A stretch of DNA of 64,000 nucleotides from an uncultured Chitinophaga sp. (lineage in GTDB: Bacteria > Bacteroidota > Bacteroidia > NS11-12g > UBA9320). The notes beneath the pieces were generated by a model that ran no database searches, had not been told where the DNA came from, and saw only the letters and a program-made list of their open reading frames with translations. Position 1 is the stretch's first letter. Each line of letters starts with the position of its first letter. Below, piece by piece: positions 47,020 through 57,780 of the stretch. The stretch lies in assembly GCA_964617955.1 (NCBI GenBank), contig CAZTXB010000007.1, forward strand, positions 89,085 through 153,084, read 5' to 3'. Both the position numbers and the translations under genes were made by a program.

Positions 47020-48126
47020 ATGTTTGTTCCATTCGTAGATTTAAAAGCCCAATACCAAACTATAAAACTGGATATTGACAATGCAATTAAAAATGTGGTC
47101 GTTGAAACGGCCTTCATTGGAGGTAAATATGTCAAAGAATTCGAAGACAAATTTGCAGCATTATATGGGGTAAAACATGTAATCTCCTGTGCTAATGGCA
47201 CAGATTCCTTATACATCATCATGAAAATGCTCGGTATTGGAGTAGGGGATGAAGTAATTACCGTCGCCAATAGCTGGATTAGCAGTTCAGAGACGATTAG
47301 TCAAGCGGGAGCAAGACCTGTTTTTGTTGACGTTCATTCTGACTACTTCAGTAGCATGGATGAAAATCTGATTGAGCCAGCAATTACTTCAAAAACCAGA
47401 GCTGTAATTGCGGTTCATTTACATGGTCAAATGTTACAAATAGAAACACTTAATAAAATTTGCAAAAAACACAATATTTTCCTGATTGAAGATTGTGCCC
47501 AATCCCATTTTTCAAATTTGGGTGGAAAGCGTGCCGGAACATTTGGTATAGCAGGGTCGTTCAGTTTTTATCCCGGTAAAAATTTAGGAGCTTATGGTGA
47601 CGCAGGATGTATTGTTACAAATGATGATGGCCTTGCATCGCAATGCCGAATGTTTGCTAATCATGGAGCCTTAAAAAAACATCAACACCAAATCGAAGGA
47701 ATTAACAGCAGATTGGACGGAATGCAAGCTGCAATACTCTCTGCAAAACTTCCATATATTTTAAAGTGGACGGAAGCACGAAAAAATGTTGCTAAAAAAT
47801 ACGATAAATTATTTGAGAATAACTCAAAAGTTGAAGTGGCAAGAGTTCGTCCAAACTCAGCACATACCTATCATTTGTATATAATATTAGTGAAGAATAG
47901 AGATGCATTAAAAGAGCATCTTACAAGCAAAGGAATTGAAACAGCAATTCATTATCCAACCGTGTTGCCTTTGCTCCCAGCCTATAATTATTTGGGTTAT
48001 AAGGCAAAAGATTTCCCCAATGCCTACCTATACCAGAGGACATGTCTTTCGCTCCCCATTTATCCTGAAATAACCATTGAACAGATAAATCATGTGGTAT
48101 CAAGTGTTAACCAATTTACCGCATAG
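47020..48126 (+). CDS. DegT/DnrJ aminotransferase (WbpE/WlbC-like)
   Basis: VPFVDLKAQY, ANGTD, EDCAQSH, SFYPGKNLGAYGDAG, NSRLD, LSLPIYP. Confidence 0.9.
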   Translation: MFVPFVDLKAQYQTIKLDIDNAIKNVVVETAFIGGKYVKEFEDKFAALYGVKHVISCANGTDSLYIIMKMLGIGVGDEVITVANSWISSSETISQAGARPVFVDVHSDYFSSMDENLIEPAITSKTRAVIAVHLHGQMLQIETLNKICKKHNIFLIEDCAQSHFSNLGGKRAGTFGIAGSFSFYPGKNLGAYGDAGCIVTNDDGLASQCRMFANHGALKKHQHQIEGINSRLDGMQAAILSAKLPYILKWTEARKNVAKKYDKLFENNSKVEVARVRPNSAHTYHLYIILVKNRDALKEHLTSKGIETAIHYPTVLPLLPAYNYLGYKAKDFPNAYLYQRTCLSLPIYPEITIEQINHVVSSVNQFTA

Positions 48127-48143
48127 CTAGTCAGATAACATAT

Positions 48144-49316
48144 TTGGAATTTAGAAATAAAAAAATATTGATCATTTCACCCAGCAAATGGGGAAATATT
48201 TACCTCTCAAAACATCATTATAGCATAGAATTGGCACAATTAGGTAATGAGGTTTATTACCTTGAACCTGTCATTAGTAGTAATAACAAAGAGATCAAAA
48301 TTTGGCAGCCCCTTACAGACTTGCCCAACCTCAAAATTATTACTGCTCATATGCCAAAACTCTATGAAATGTTGCGTTTTAAATTGCGTAGTGTGTATGA
48401 TATATTAATGCCTTTCTTTATACAAGGTCTCTTAAAAAAAATAACCAAAAATCTTGATATTGCTTGGTGTTTCGAAACCAATTTATACTCCAATCTTAAA
48501 AACTTCGAGGCCCTGCTTACAATCTATCACCCCGTAGATTTGGCTGCCTATCGCTTTCAGAGAAAAATTGCAGCCTCTGCTGACATAACTATATCTATCT
48601 CAGAAAGTATTGCTGAAGGGTTTAAACATTATAGTAAAAAAGTTCTTTTTGTTAACCATGGCTTGAGTAAACCTTTCACCGAAGTGGCAGAACAGACCCT
48701 ACAGTATCTAAAAAAGGGCGAAAATAAAAAATATAGTGCAAGACGAATTAGTGTCGGATTCGTAGGGAATTTATGCAGAAGCGATTTAAACAGGGATTTC
48801 ATTATTGCAGTAATCAAAGAACACCCAAACATTACATTTCATATTTGGGGACCAAAGAGGATTTCAAATGTTGATGGTGAACTTACTGAAAGAACAATTG
48901 AATTTATTTCTTTTTTGAAGACCAATTCAAATGTTTTTTTACATGGAGTCAAATCCGGTACCGAACTCGCGCTTGAAATAAAAAATTGCGACATACTTTT
49001 ACTTGCTTTAAATAACTCAAAGATGTATGATGGCTCCAATTCTCATAAAATAATTGAATACCTGAGTACTGGTAAGGCGATCGTCTCACATTTCGTAAAC
49101 ACCTATGCTAATGAAGAATTGCTAGTAATGGCAAGCGATGATAGTTCGAAGCAACTAATGATAGAATTTAATAAAGTGGTCCATGATCTGGAAAAATACA
49201 ATTCAAAAGAAAGACAAATTAAACGCATTGAATTTGCCTTAAACAATACTTACAGCAAACACATTCAAGAGATTGAATCCTATGTGAATTCGTATTATGG
49301 CAGATATTCAGCATGA
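48144..49316 (+). CDS. GT-B (GT4-like, TuaH-type) glycosyltransferase
   Basis: SP..W...SKHHY, NHGL, GFVGN, SHKIIEYLSTGK.IVS. Confidence 0.75.
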   Translation: MEFRNKKILIISPSKWGNIYLSKHHYSIELAQLGNEVYYLEPVISSNNKEIKIWQPLTDLPNLKIITAHMPKLYEMLRFKLRSVYDILMPFFIQGLLKKITKNLDIAWCFETNLYSNLKNFEALLTIYHPVDLAAYRFQRKIAASADITISISESIAEGFKHYSKKVLFVNHGLSKPFTEVAEQTLQYLKKGENKKYSARRISVGFVGNLCRSDLNRDFIIAVIKEHPNITFHIWGPKRISNVDGELTERTIEFISFLKTNSNVFLHGVKSGTELALEIKNCDILLLALNNSKMYDGSNSHKIIEYLSTGKAIVSHFVNTYANEELLVMASDDSSKQLMIEFNKVVHDLEKYNSKERQIKRIEFALNNTYSKHIQEIESYVNSYYGRYSA

Positions 49317-49334
49317 AATAAAAAGAAAAGCAAA

Positions 49335-50018
49335 ATGAAATTAAACTCTAAATATCAAAACCCTAAAGGCCAACTTTGGTTAAACGTTGCATCCTCAATA
49401 TATGTTCTTAAAGATTTCGTAAACCTAGATAATCATATTTTCATTCGGTTTTTATTTTCTTACGGATTGATAAAAAATTTACTCCCCAAGAAGTATAGGG
49501 AATGGTTTCATGCATATCATGAAGCAAAACAAAAGGCAGTATTAATCAAACATGATTGCCGCAATCCGTTACCTTTCCCCGGTCAATCGGTAGATCATAT
49601 CCTTTGCTCGCATTTTCTTGAACATGTTTTTCCAGAAGACTGTAGTAATATTTTAGATGATTTTAAGAAAGTACTTAAGGATGGTGCAACCCTGCATATT
49701 ATCCTACCTGATTTAGAAGATTTGATTAAAAAATATTTAATAAACAAAAAGAACAATTTACCAGACGCTGCAGATAAACTAATAAAAGACTCTCTGTTAA
49801 GCAAGGAATCAAAGGGAACATTAAAATACCGTCTTTTAGAACTGAATGGAGGATTTGGTTTGCAACATCGATGGATGTACGACCATGAATCCATTTCTAA
49901 AATATTAAGAGATAAGGGCTTTGAAATCATACAACAAGATGAGAGTAATCCCAGTTATCATTTTCGCCTAAATGATGATTCCGTCCATGTACTGTGCAGG
50001 AAATCTACTGGAAAATAG
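49335..50018 (+). CDS. Methyltransferase-domain protein
   Basis: HDCRNPLPFP..SVD.I..SHFLEH, LKDGA.L.I.LPDL, HRWMYD. Confidence 0.8.
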   Translation: MKLNSKYQNPKGQLWLNVASSIYVLKDFVNLDNHIFIRFLFSYGLIKNLLPKKYREWFHAYHEAKQKAVLIKHDCRNPLPFPGQSVDHILCSHFLEHVFPEDCSNILDDFKKVLKDGATLHIILPDLEDLIKKYLINKKNNLPDAADKLIKDSLLSKESKGTLKYRLLELNGGFGLQHRWMYDHESISKILRDKGFEIIQQDESNPSYHFRLNDDSVHVLCRKSTGK

Positions 50019-50023
50019 AGTTT

Positions 50024-51184
50024 ATGCCGGAATCAATTGCCCTCATAATTCTTTCAGATCCACAAATATATCCACCTACCATTAATGCTGCGAATATTTT
50101 AGCTGATAAGGGTTTTAATGTCTATTTGTATGGCTTAAAATATAATAATTCTGATAAGGTTAATATTGATTTAAGGGTAAAAGTCAAATATCTTGGCCAA
50201 CAGAAACGAGGGATCAAAAATGTTCTTCAATATATTGGGAGCATTTTTAGATTTTACCGTGATGCATATAGACATAAGTTTAAATGGATTATAGCCTATG
50301 ACGCTTTTGCGGTGGTACCGGTTTATCTTTCGACTAAACTTTTAGGAATCAAATGGGTTTATCACCAACATGATTTTTGGGAAGAACCCATAGGTATTTT
50401 TCAAAAAATCATATTCAAACAAGAATACAATTGGGGAAAAAGGGCAACAATCGTTAGCTTTCCACAATCAGAACGCGCAAAAATATTTTTTGAAAGGAGT
50501 GGGATGAAAAAAAACATTGTGATCGTACATAATGGTCCAAGAAAAAATTGGATTAATGATGGCCTTGTCCCAAATCCCATAGTGAACTCTCTAAAAAAGG
50601 AGTTTGATCATTTGCTTGTTTACCAGGGAGGTCTCTCGAAATACTTTTGTCTTGATAATCTAATTAAGTCGGTAAAATTATGCAAAAGCAAATTTGCAAT
50701 TATTTTTCTTGGCAAAGAGTTAGACAAGGGAATCATAGATAAATTGAAGGACTTAGCCCAATTGGAAGAAATAGAAAATAGAATAGTTTTTTGGAAAGAA
50801 TATGTGGCCTATGATGATTTACCACAAATAACTTCATTTTGCGACATTGGCATCACAAAACTTACACATGAAGATATGTATGCTCCTATAAATGATCGCT
50901 ATATTGCTGGAGCCAGTAATAAAATTGCGGAGTATATGGGCTCGGGGTTGCCCATTATTTCTGCGGATACGAAAGATAACCGGCTATATTATTCAGAGGA
51001 TAATATTGGCCTGCTATGCGATGCCACCGAACCTGCATCTATAGCTGAAGCCATTGACGAATTATTATTAAATAAGGAATTGCGAACCAGTATGTCCGTT
51101 AGAAATAAAACCAATTTTATTAGAAAATATAATTTCGACTCTCAATTTGAGGGTCTTTATCAACTTATGTTCCCAAATAATTAA
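50024..51184 (+). CDS. GT4 glycosyltransferase
   Basis: YPPTINA, YHQHD, VYQGG, ASNKIAEYMGSGLPII; ATG 50024 preferred over the overlapping GTG at 49994. Confidence 0.82.
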   Translation: MPESIALIILSDPQIYPPTINAANILADKGFNVYLYGLKYNNSDKVNIDLRVKVKYLGQQKRGIKNVLQYIGSIFRFYRDAYRHKFKWIIAYDAFAVVPVYLSTKLLGIKWVYHQHDFWEEPIGIFQKIIFKQEYNWGKRATIVSFPQSERAKIFFERSGMKKNIVIVHNGPRKNWINDGLVPNPIVNSLKKEFDHLLVYQGGLSKYFCLDNLIKSVKLCKSKFAIIFLGKELDKGIIDKLKDLAQLEEIENRIVFWKEYVAYDDLPQITSFCDIGITKLTHEDMYAPINDRYIAGASNKIAEYMGSGLPIISADTKDNRLYYSEDNIGLLCDATEPASIAEAIDELLLNKELRTSMSVRNKTNFIRKYNFDSQFEGLYQLMFPNN

Positions 51185-51187
51185 TTA

Positions 51188-51961
51188 ATGAAAGTTTTAA
51201 TATTGGCAGGAGGTTATGGTACACGCTTAAGCGAAGAAACCACTCTAAAACCTAAACCTATGGCAGAAATTGGTGACTATCCAATTTTATGGCATATCAT
51301 GAAAATATATTCTCATTATGGATTCAATGATTTTGTCATATTATTAGGATACAAGGGATATTATATTAAAGAATATTTTGCCAACTATTTTCTTCATCAG
51401 AGCAGTGTAACCATTGATTTGTCTGATAATTCAATGGAGTTAATTGAAAAAAATAGCGAACCGTGGAAAGTGACCTTATTGGATACCGGATTAGAAACTA
51501 TGACAGGCGGTAGAATAAACCGTGCCAAAGAAATTATAGGCGACAATAGATTTTTATTGACTTATGGTGACGGGGTTTCGGATGTAAATATCCATGAATT
51601 AATTTCCTTTCATAATAATCATAAAAATATCCTTACTATGACATCTATTCAACCTGAAGGAAGGTTTGGAGCACTGGAAATAAAGGAAAATAATAAGGTG
51701 GCAAGCTTTCTTGAAAAACCAAAAGGAGACGGTCAATGGGTTAATGGTGGTTTTTTTGTTTGTGAACCAAAAGTCTTTGAATATATAAAGAATGGTGATT
51801 CCACAATATTTGAAAGAGAACCACTTGAAATGTTGGCTAGGGACAATGAACTATTTACTTATAAACACGATGGCTTTTGGAAGTGCATGGATACCTTGAG
51901 CGATAAAAATGCTTTAAATTCACTTTGGGCCAATAATGAAGCAAAATGGAAGGTTTGGTAG
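51188..51961 (+). CDS. rfbF: Glucose-1-phosphate cytidylyltransferase
   Basis: ILAGGYGTRLSEET..KPKPM, DTGLETMTGGR, LTYGDGVSD, FWKCMDT. Confidence 0.95.
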   Translation: MKVLILAGGYGTRLSEETTLKPKPMAEIGDYPILWHIMKIYSHYGFNDFVILLGYKGYYIKEYFANYFLHQSSVTIDLSDNSMELIEKNSEPWKVTLLDTGLETMTGGRINRAKEIIGDNRFLLTYGDGVSDVNIHELISFHNNHKNILTMTSIQPEGRFGALEIKENNKVASFLEKPKGDGQWVNGGFFVCEPKVFEYIKNGDSTIFEREPLEMLARDNELFTYKHDGFWKCMDTLSDKNALNSLWANNEAKWKVW

Positions 51962-53037
51962 AAATATTGTACAATACCTTTAGAGGAAAAAAAATTATAG
52001 TGACGGGGCATACAGGTTTTAAAGGCACCTGGCTTTGCCAGTGGCTAATTAAAATGGATGCACAGGTTTATGGTATTTCAAAGGATATTCCCAGTAGTCC
52101 TTCTATGTACGAGGATAATAGGATTTCTGAAAAAATCACCCAAGATATTCGTTTAGATATTTTGAAGGAAATTGAACTTCAAAAAACCATAAATGAAATC
52201 CAACCTGATTTTATTTTCCATTTAGCAGCTCAAGCAATTGTGAGTGTTTCTTATGATGAACCTGTTGACACATTTTTGAATAATACCATTGGATATGCGT
52301 GCATTTTAAATGCAGTGCGCAAATACAATGCAAAGGTGGTGGCCGTTTTAGTCTCATCCGATAAATGTTATCAAAATAAAGAATGGATATGGGGGTATAG
52401 AGAAAATGATGAATTAGGCGGTTACGACCCCTATAGCGCTTCAAAAGGAGCCTCAGAAATTGTATTTAAGTCTTTTTTTCATTCCTATTTTATGAATGAT
52501 TTGGGTAAAAGAGTATCTTCCGCAAGAGCAGGAAATGTGATTGGTGGGGGTGATTGGAGCAAAGACAGAATTATTCCTGATGCCATCAAATCTTGGAATA
52601 AGGAAGAAGAACTTATTTTAAGACGACCTGAATCTGTAAGGCCATGGCAATTTGTTCTTGAACCTATATTAGGTTATCTGGTTATAGCTCACCATCTTAT
52701 TCTTGATGAAAACCTGAATGGGGAGTGTTTTAATTTCGGACCCGACAATGTTAACAATGTTCCGGTTGAATCTCTGATTGGTAATTTACAATCAAAATTG
52801 AAATATGGCGAATATAAAATTTCAGAAAATAAACAAAAATTTTATGAAACCTCATTGCTAAAATTAAACTCGGATAAGGCCAAATCGATGCTGGGTTGGA
52901 AACCTACCCTCGAAACCAATCAAACCATAAGTTTAATTGCTGATTGGTATAAAGAACATAGAAAAAATTCTAATCTATTTGATTTCACTCAACAACAAAT
53001 ACAATATTTTGAAGATCGCGTAAGGGAAAAAGACTGA
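51946..53037 (+). CDS. rfbG: CDP-glucose 4,6-dehydratase
   Basis: VTGHTGFKG.WL, HLAAQ, SDKCY, DPYSASKG, RAGNVIGGGDW, RPWQ.VLEP. Confidence 0.95.
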   Translation: MEGLVEILYNTFRGKKIIVTGHTGFKGTWLCQWLIKMDAQVYGISKDIPSSPSMYEDNRISEKITQDIRLDILKEIELQKTINEIQPDFIFHLAAQAIVSVSYDEPVDTFLNNTIGYACILNAVRKYNAKVVAVLVSSDKCYQNKEWIWGYRENDELGGYDPYSASKGASEIVFKSFFHSYFMNDLGKRVSSARAGNVIGGGDWSKDRIIPDAIKSWNKEEELILRRPESVRPWQFVLEPILGYLVIAHHLILDENLNGECFNFGPDNVNNVPVESLIGNLQSKLKYGEYKISENKQKFYETSLLKLNSDKAKSMLGWKPTLETNQTISLIADWYKEHRKNSNLFDFTQQQIQYFEDRVREKD

Positions 53038-53038
53038 C

Positions 53039-54235
53039 ATGAAGCAACATGATACAGATTACTTAATAATTTCCATAGGAGCATTTTCTGAAATTAATAG
53101 GAAAGTATTCTATGAAATGGCTGATATGGGTAAAAAAATCGTATTGGTCTTTCCCAGATATCTGACATTCAGCAGTGGAGTTAAAGAATGTGAAGAGCCA
53201 AAATCAAATAAGGTTATCGCAGTTGCTCTTAATAAAGTATTTGATAATCCTAGAATCACCTATTATAAAGGACTGAAAGAGTTAATTAAGCAGCATAATC
53301 CACAATTCGTTTATACAGAGTATGATCCTGCCAGTTTGTTAGCAGTCATTCTTTCAATCTGGTCAAAAAAACTAGATTTCAAACTTATATGCCATTCATG
53401 TGAAAACATGGAATTAGGGATGTTTGATATTTACAACCGAGAAGGAATTAGAGGCCTATTGCCAGGTGCCATGAAAAATCTATTTTTATTGCTTGTAAAA
53501 AATAGGATATTTCACGTATTCACTCTTGGGCTTGATGGCCAGAGGATTTTTAAGAATCTAGGTTTTAAAAGTGTTTCATTGAATCATTTAGGTTTTGATG
53601 AAACTATTTTTAAACCAGACAATCAACAAAGAATTGGCATAAGATCAAAATTAAATTTGAATAAACCTGTGATAGCATACTTTGGTCGAATGATACCAGA
53701 GAAAGGGGTACATATTTTAATTAATGCGCTTTCAAAAATCAAGGATAGGAATTGGATTTTTTTATTAGATTCATTTGGAAGATATAAAAATCCTTATCAG
53801 GAAAAGTTAGAAGCTCTGATAAGTATAAATGAGCTTCAGGATCGCACTGTTTTTTTTGATGCAGATCATTTCGAAATTGCTTCTTACATGAATGCCGCCG
53901 ATATTGTCGTCATTCCTTCCATTACTTCAAAAAAATGGAAAGAGCAGATGGGGCGTGTAGCACCGGAGGCAATGGCCTGCGGGAAAACCATCATAGTTTC
54001 AGATAGTGGAACTCTTAAGGAGTTGGTACCAAACCCTAATCAAATAACAAAAGAGCAGAATGTTGAAGAGTTGGCAAATAAAATTATTTATTTTCTGGAC
54101 AATCCTTTTGAAAATGAAAAACTTGCTAATCTATGCTTGAAACATACCTATCAACGCTTCACAATTAAGCATCAGGCTAGAAATATACTTGAATTGGAAA
54201 AAAGTAATCCGAATTTAATAGATTCATGGGAATAG
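53039..54235 (+). CDS. GT4 glycosyltransferase
   Basis: YFGRMIPEKG, IPS....WKEQMGRVAPEAMACG. Confidence 0.88.
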   Translation: MKQHDTDYLIISIGAFSEINRKVFYEMADMGKKIVLVFPRYLTFSSGVKECEEPKSNKVIAVALNKVFDNPRITYYKGLKELIKQHNPQFVYTEYDPASLLAVILSIWSKKLDFKLICHSCENMELGMFDIYNREGIRGLLPGAMKNLFLLLVKNRIFHVFTLGLDGQRIFKNLGFKSVSLNHLGFDETIFKPDNQQRIGIRSKLNLNKPVIAYFGRMIPEKGVHILINALSKIKDRNWIFLLDSFGRYKNPYQEKLEALISINELQDRTVFFDADHFEIASYMNAADIVVIPSITSKKWKEQMGRVAPEAMACGKTIIVSDSGTLKELVPNPNQITKEQNVEELANKIIYFLDNPFENEKLANLCLKHTYQRFTIKHQARNILELEKSNPNLIDSWE

Positions 54236-54236
54236 C

Positions 54237-55280
54237 ATGGACGTTAGACAAAAATTACTATTTTTTTGTAATGAAGATAAGGCCACAAGTTGGCAACGTT
54301 CCGAAGCATTCAAAAATTTAGGGTACGAAATAACCATACTGTATCACACACAGTTAAACATTAAAACCAGTTTATTCAAACGAATAGTCAAAGGTATTTT
54401 TCATAGGATAGGCATTCCTTTTGAGCAAAGTAATGAAAATGAAAAGCTGCTTTCAGCTCTAGACAAAAAACCATTTGAAATTCTTTTCATTGAAAAGTGT
54501 TTGACACTCAAACCAAAAACTTTAAAAAAATTAAAAGTAAAATTTCCAGCTCTAAAGTTAATTTGCTATTCTCTAGATGACTTTAATGGCAAAGGGAATA
54601 TTTCAAACTATTTCAATCACTGTATTCCGATGTATGACTTAATTGCTACAAATAAGGAGCACAATGTTGGAGAATACTATAATTTGAAGGCCAAAAAAGT
54701 TTACTATTTTAAAAACGCCTATTCAAGGCAGGTTCACAAACCAGTTCAGGTTTCAGATGAAGATAGAGAGAAATTCGGTGCTGATGTGACATTTATAGGA
54801 AATCATGAAAAAGTACGGGCGGAATATTTAATGTATCTTGCTCAAAATAATATCAAAATAAAAGTTTGGGGCTGGAATAAAGCTTCGTCCTTTTCCGGGA
54901 TCAATCATCCTAATATTTACAACATGAATAGACATCTTTATTTTGAAGAATATTCCAAGGCAATTTGTAGTTCAAAAATTAATCTTAATTTTTTAAGAAC
55001 CGCTAACAGAGATACCGAAACAACAAGAAGTATAGAAATTCCGGCCTGCGGAGGATTTATGATGGCACAATTTTCAACACAGCATCTGGAACTTTTTAAG
55101 GAAAACGAGGAAGCTGTATTCTTCAATAACAAAGAAGAATTATTACAAAAAGTTAAATTTTATCTTACTAATGAAAATGAAAGAATAAAAATATCATTGC
55201 TTGGTTATAATCGATGCATTAAAAGTGATTACAGCTATGAGAAACAGATTGATAACATTATTGCTCAACTGCCCAATTAG
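54237..55280 (+). CDS. CgeB-like GT-B glycosyltransferase
   Basis: DVTFIG, SKINLNFLR..NRD..TTRSIEIPACGGF, F....EAVFF. Confidence 0.82.
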   Translation: MDVRQKLLFFCNEDKATSWQRSEAFKNLGYEITILYHTQLNIKTSLFKRIVKGIFHRIGIPFEQSNENEKLLSALDKKPFEILFIEKCLTLKPKTLKKLKVKFPALKLICYSLDDFNGKGNISNYFNHCIPMYDLIATNKEHNVGEYYNLKAKKVYYFKNAYSRQVHKPVQVSDEDREKFGADVTFIGNHEKVRAEYLMYLAQNNIKIKVWGWNKASSFSGINHPNIYNMNRHLYFEEYSKAICSSKINLNFLRTANRDTETTRSIEIPACGGFMMAQFSTQHLELFKENEEAVFFNNKEELLQKVKFYLTNENERIKISLLGYNRCIKSDYSYEKQIDNIIAQLPN

Positions 55281-55312
55281 CCTCCTTTATTATTTGACTA
55301 TCTAGCTTCCTC

Positions 55313-56659
55313 TTGAATATAGCAAAAGCATACCTTTTAACTTTAGCAGTATTTTTCGTATATGTTAATTATTATCTCGAGGCGCTGAATCCTGATGAGT
55401 ATATATATTGGGCCAATTTGAATTTTTGGCTTTTCTCCTTACCTCTTTATTTTTCATTACGAAATAATAATAAGACAGAGACCTTTCCATTTATTGGTTT
55501 AACCGGCTTATTTCTTCTTTTTTCTTTTTCCTTACCTATTTATTTTGTAAGCGCCAGAAATTATCAGACTGGATTTTTAAATCCTTTAGCAGTGAAAGTT
55601 GCTTTTTTCTCTTATTTAATATTCTTCATAGCATATTATATTTTTTATAAAACATTCTGGGTTAAAAATAGAACAGCATTTGTATGGATTGAAGATAATC
55701 CAGTGAAGATAAAACTTACCGCTTATATTTTTCTATTAGTTTATTTCTTATCATTAATAGCTCCTCTTTCCTTCTTGATACATCTTGGCGATTTAGGAAG
55801 TTATATATATATGGGATTGATCCTGTTGTTAATTAGAAAGAAATATAACATTCAACCGATCGAAAAAGTTGCATTTTATTTTATCATATTTTGGCAGTTT
55901 CTGATTCGGTTTACAGGTGGACTGATTTCAACTGTAGCCTTATTTTCTGTATTTTTTTTCATCGTTGATTCATTAGTCTCCAGAAATAAAATTAGAGCTT
56001 CGCTTTGGTTAATTCCTTTTTTTATCTCCTATATAATCTTTAGCCCTTTAAAACACGCCTACAGGGCAGAGGTCTGGTATTCAGGTGAGTCATATTCTTT
56101 AAGGCAACAACTTGAAATTATTTATGATTTATACGCTAACAATAAGGATCAAATTGAACCATCAACAGATACAAAAGAAAAGGAGAATTTCCTTTGGCGA
56201 TATTCTTATCAAATGAGTGCTTTATCTACAGTACTGGAGAATACTCCTCAAAATGTTCCTTATTGGAGAGGGGAATCGTATAGTTTTTTTTCGAAATTTA
56301 TACCGCGGTTTCTTTGGCCGGATAAACCACAAGAGAATATGGGCTATAGGTTTGGGGTTGCATATGGAATCATGAGTGCCGACAACCTCTCAACATCTAT
56401 GAATACTCCAATTTTAGCAGAGATGTATATGAACTATGGGAATATTGGAATTTTTTGGGGAATGATACTCTTCGCATTAATTTATTTTGTTCTTAATTAT
56501 TTTTTTAATAACTCTAGGGCTAATCCCTATTCTTCGGTAATTTCAATCGGCCTACTTTTTAAATTGATGGTTCATGAATCCAATTTTACGTTGGTATTTG
56601 GCAATATTCCACTTATTTTAATCACAGTTTACGTCATACTAAAACTTATCAAAGCCTAA
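55313..56659 (+). CDS. wzy: Wzy-like O-antigen/EPS polymerase
   Basis: About 11 TM segments, large periplasmic loop, FIPRFLWPDKP and EMYMNYG motifs; locus context. Confidence 0.7.
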   Translation: MNIAKAYLLTLAVFFVYVNYYLEALNPDEYIYWANLNFWLFSLPLYFSLRNNNKTETFPFIGLTGLFLLFSFSLPIYFVSARNYQTGFLNPLAVKVAFFSYLIFFIAYYIFYKTFWVKNRTAFVWIEDNPVKIKLTAYIFLLVYFLSLIAPLSFLIHLGDLGSYIYMGLILLLIRKKYNIQPIEKVAFYFIIFWQFLIRFTGGLISTVALFSVFFFIVDSLVSRNKIRASLWLIPFFISYIIFSPLKHAYRAEVWYSGESYSLRQQLEIIYDLYANNKDQIEPSTDTKEKENFLWRYSYQMSALSTVLENTPQNVPYWRGESYSFFSKFIPRFLWPDKPQENMGYRFGVAYGIMSADNLSTSMNTPILAEMYMNYGNIGIFWGMILFALIYFVLNYFFNNSRANPYSSVISIGLLFKLMVHESNFTLVFGNIPLILITVYVILKLIKA

Positions 56660-56661
56660 AA

Positions 56662-57648
56662 TTGCTCATTCATTTTCAAAGAAAATCCCGAACCAGTCAA
56701 AACTACTCCATTGAGCAAGTTTTTGAATCCATTAGGAAGCAACTGAATCGAAAAATTGCAGTACAGGTAAGAGTATGCCCTTTTGAAAGCGATGGATTGT
56801 TGAGGAGGATTTTAAATGCGTTAGATGCGCTTTTAAATCAGGGCACTATCAATCATATTACCGGTGACGTGCACTACATTGGAATTCCTTTAAAGAAGAA
56901 CAGAACTATACACACCTTTCATGACATTGGTTTCTTAAATATAAAACCGGGAGTTAAGCGATGGATATTAAAGAAATTTTGGCTAGAATGGCCAATAGCC
57001 AATTGCGGATTTGTGACCACCGTTTCTTATACCACGCGCAATGCCATCATGAAGGAAGTCCATGTTCCATCTGAAAAAATTAAAGTCATCTACAATCCAA
57101 TATTTGACGGCTTTAGATATACGCCTAAGGAATTTAATGTTAAGAAACCGAGAATCTTGCATTTTGGAACGGCCCCAAACAAAAATACGAGCCGTCTGAT
57201 ATACGCCCTTACTTACTTGCCTTGTAAGTTGGTTCTAATCGGAAAACAACGCCCTGAAATTTTATCTCAATTGGAGCGCTCCGGAATGGATTACATTTAC
57301 ACTTGGAACTTGAGCAAAGAGCAGATTATCGAAGAATACATGCTTTGCGATATTGTGTCAATGATTTCTACTTTAGAAGGTTTTGGATTGCCTATCATCG
57401 AAGGGCAAAAAACCGGAAGGGTAATCATAACTTCAAGTCTGTCGTCAATGCCCGAAACAGCAGGGGAAGGAGCTTGCTACGTAAATCCATATTCCCTGGA
57501 ATCCATTCGTGAAGGATTTTGGAAAATAGTGAGGGACGCTTCATATAGAGAATATTTAATAGCCCAAGGTTCAAAAAATGTTGAGCGCTTCGAGCCGCAT
57601 ACTATTGCCGAGCAATACCTAGAGCTCTACTCGGAAATTTTAACCTAA
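56662..57648 (+). CDS. GT4 glycosyltransferase
   Basis: SIEQVF, HITGDVHY, GTAPNKN, EGFGLPIIEGQ. Confidence 0.88.
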   Translation: MLIHFQRKSRTSQNYSIEQVFESIRKQLNRKIAVQVRVCPFESDGLLRRILNALDALLNQGTINHITGDVHYIGIPLKKNRTIHTFHDIGFLNIKPGVKRWILKKFWLEWPIANCGFVTTVSYTTRNAIMKEVHVPSEKIKVIYNPIFDGFRYTPKEFNVKKPRILHFGTAPNKNTSRLIYALTYLPCKLVLIGKQRPEILSQLERSGMDYIYTWNLSKEQIIEEYMLCDIVSMISTLEGFGLPIIEGQKTGRVIITSSLSSMPETAGEGACYVNPYSLESIREGFWKIVRDASYREYLIAQGSKNVERFEPHTIAEQYLELYSEILT

Positions 57649-57780
57649 TAAAATGGTCTCTTTTAATTCGTAGGTGTCCGAATCATTATCCTTTCAAATA
57701 AATGCTTGTGCTTGAAAGACGCTGTGTATTGCTTGCAGAAATGAGACTGGATTTTAGCATACTACTTTTTTGTTTTTTTT

